From Candidatus Sungiibacteriota bacterium (GTDB taxonomy: Bacteria; Patescibacteriota; Minisyncoccia; Sungbacterales; HO2-52-23), in contig JACPMG010000003.1 in assembly GCA_016186095.1 (NCBI GenBank), forward strand, positions 1 through 52,199: a stretch of DNA of 52,199 nt, read 5' to 3'. The notes under the pieces are model-generated. The model made no database searches. It was not told where the DNA came from and saw nothing but the letters and a program-made list of their open reading frames with translations. The position numbers and the translations under genes are program-made. The number at the start of each line of letters is the position of its first letter. The first letter of the stretch is position 1. Shown here in pieces: positions 51,330-52,199 of this stretch.

Positions 51330-52199
51330 TTATGCGGTTAAATATTTTCTTTTAAGGTTGCGGTCCAGTTCTTCAAATCGTTTGATTGATAGGTCTAAAA
51401 ATTTAGGCTCGGTGTCAATGCCAATAAACTTCCTACCATGGAGATATGCTGCGATACCGGTTGTGGAGCTTCCTGTAAAGGGATCAATAACTAAATCTCC
51501 TTTATTTGTGCTTGCGAGTACTATTCTTTTTAACAAATCTTCTGGTTTTTGTGTAGGATGTTTCCCAAACCTCTTTTCTATCGGTCTGGGAGTGCCCATT
51601 GACCAAACCGAGCGCATTTGGAGCCCCGGCTTTTTTAAATTATCCTCCGTCCAATGGCCGTTTTTCATTAGATCATAATTGAATGTGTGTTTTGTTTTTT
51701 TTTCTTTTCTTGCCCAAATTAAAGTTTCGTGGCTTGCAGTAAAATATCGACAACTTAAATTCGGCGATGCGTTTGGCTTAAACCAGGCAATATCGTTTAA
51801 GATATGGTATCCAAGCGCCTGTAAAGCATGACCGCATTGATAAATTGAATGATATGTACCGCTTACCCAAAGTGTGCCATGCGGTTTCAAAACTCTTCGG
51901 CAGGCTTCAAGCCATTTGTAATGAAAATCATAATCGTCCTTAAAACCTCGGCTCTTATCCCAGTCTCCTTTGTTGACACTAACCATTCTTCCGGCATGGA
52001 CCGTAATGCCTCCGTTTGAAAGATTGTATGGGGGATCAGCAAAGACCATATCAACAGAATTTTCGGGAAGTTCGGCTAGAATATCCAAACAGTTTGCTAA
52101 ATAAAGTTTGAATTTTGGCTTTTCGTAATAAGTTTTACTCAGTTTTTCAGGTTTTGTTTTTGCTGTTTCAAATGATATCCATCTTTCAACTGGCTGTTC
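51330..52199 (-). CDS. Beta-class amino DNA methyltransferase (N6-A or N4-C), 5' end probably beyond the window
   Basis: Motif IV FADPPYN lies N-terminal to motif I DPFTGSSTTG. The track starts at TTG 52088, but the frame stays open to the window edge through KFKLYLANCLDIL, a normal N-terminal MTase block. Confidence 0.8.
   Translation of the reverse strand, partial: EQPVERWISFETAKTKPEKLSKTYYEKPKFKLYLANCLDILAELPENSVDMVFADPPYNLSNGGITVHAGRMVSVNKGDWDKSRGFKDDYDFHYKWLEACRRVLKPHGTLWVSGTYHSIYQCGHALQALGYHILNDIAWFKPNASPNLSCRYFTASHETLIWARKEKKTKHTFNYDLMKNGHWTEDNLKKPGLQMRSVWSMGTPRPIEKRFGKHPTQKPEDLLKRIVLASTNKGDLVIDPFTGSSTTGIAAYLHGRKFIGIDTEPKFLDLSIKRFEELDRNLKRKYLTA

Noticed and set aside
1-52199. Alternative genetic code (UGA as a sense codon, as in some CPR lineages)
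   Set aside because: TGA terminates conserved genes at the expected C-termini (DEAD helicase at 18339-18341, NUDIX at 43457-43459, antitoxin at 13727-13729). Long conserved ORFs are uninterrupted under code 11.

Overview
This is a 52.2-kb bacterial window of compact, mostly short genes. It uses the standard genetic code: TGA ends conserved genes, for example the DEAD helicase at 18339-18341 and NUDIX at 43457-43459. The gene content suggests a Patescibacteria/CPR (Parcubacteria-like) genome, which is an inference from content only. That content includes two ArnT/PMT-like GT-C glycosyltransferases, GtrA, an orphan VirD4/TraD-like ATPase, a short dnaX, typA/bipA, a DEAD helicase, a NUDIX-dnaG-rpoD block, lemA, htpX, a GIY-YIG gene next to a tRNA, and many small membrane or secreted hypotheticals.

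RNA genes:
- Three intact tRNAs: Gln-UUG, Ser-GGA and Asn-GUU.
- One decayed tRNA-Asn-like pseudogene.
- One ~350-nt structured RNA bounded by a promoter and a hairpin; my best guess is RNase P RNA.

Accessory patches that look AT-richer by eye:
- A tRNA-Gln-adjacent island with HicAB and RelE-type toxin-antitoxin modules.
- An orphan gene after tRNA-Ser.
- A type II restriction-modification pair at the right edge.

Other blocks:
- A thiol-disulfide and metal-homeostasis block (20.4-31.9 kb).
- A surface-fibre-like gene cluster wedged between lemA and htpX.

Most unusual signals:
1. Families of short palindromic (hairpin) elements sit in-frame inside conserved housekeeping genes (typA, dnaX, dnaG, a P1B ATPase). 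They also sit in a tRNA-Asn copy whose uninterrupted twin lies 35 nt downstream, so the window contains both a filled and an empty site.
2. A 374-bp cassette carrying an intact tRNA-Asn plus a GIY-YIG nuclease gene is flanked by perfect 42-bp direct repeats and splits the decayed tRNA-like gene.
3. A perfect 20-bp inverted repeat pairs an upstream leader segment with the typA start-codon region, directly downstream of cspA.
4. Perfect leader/trailer complementarity extends the acceptor stems of tRNA-Asn and tRNA-Gln.

No CRISPR array, rRNA, transposase or integrase was seen. All coordinates of small elements were counted by hand, and no database search was possible.
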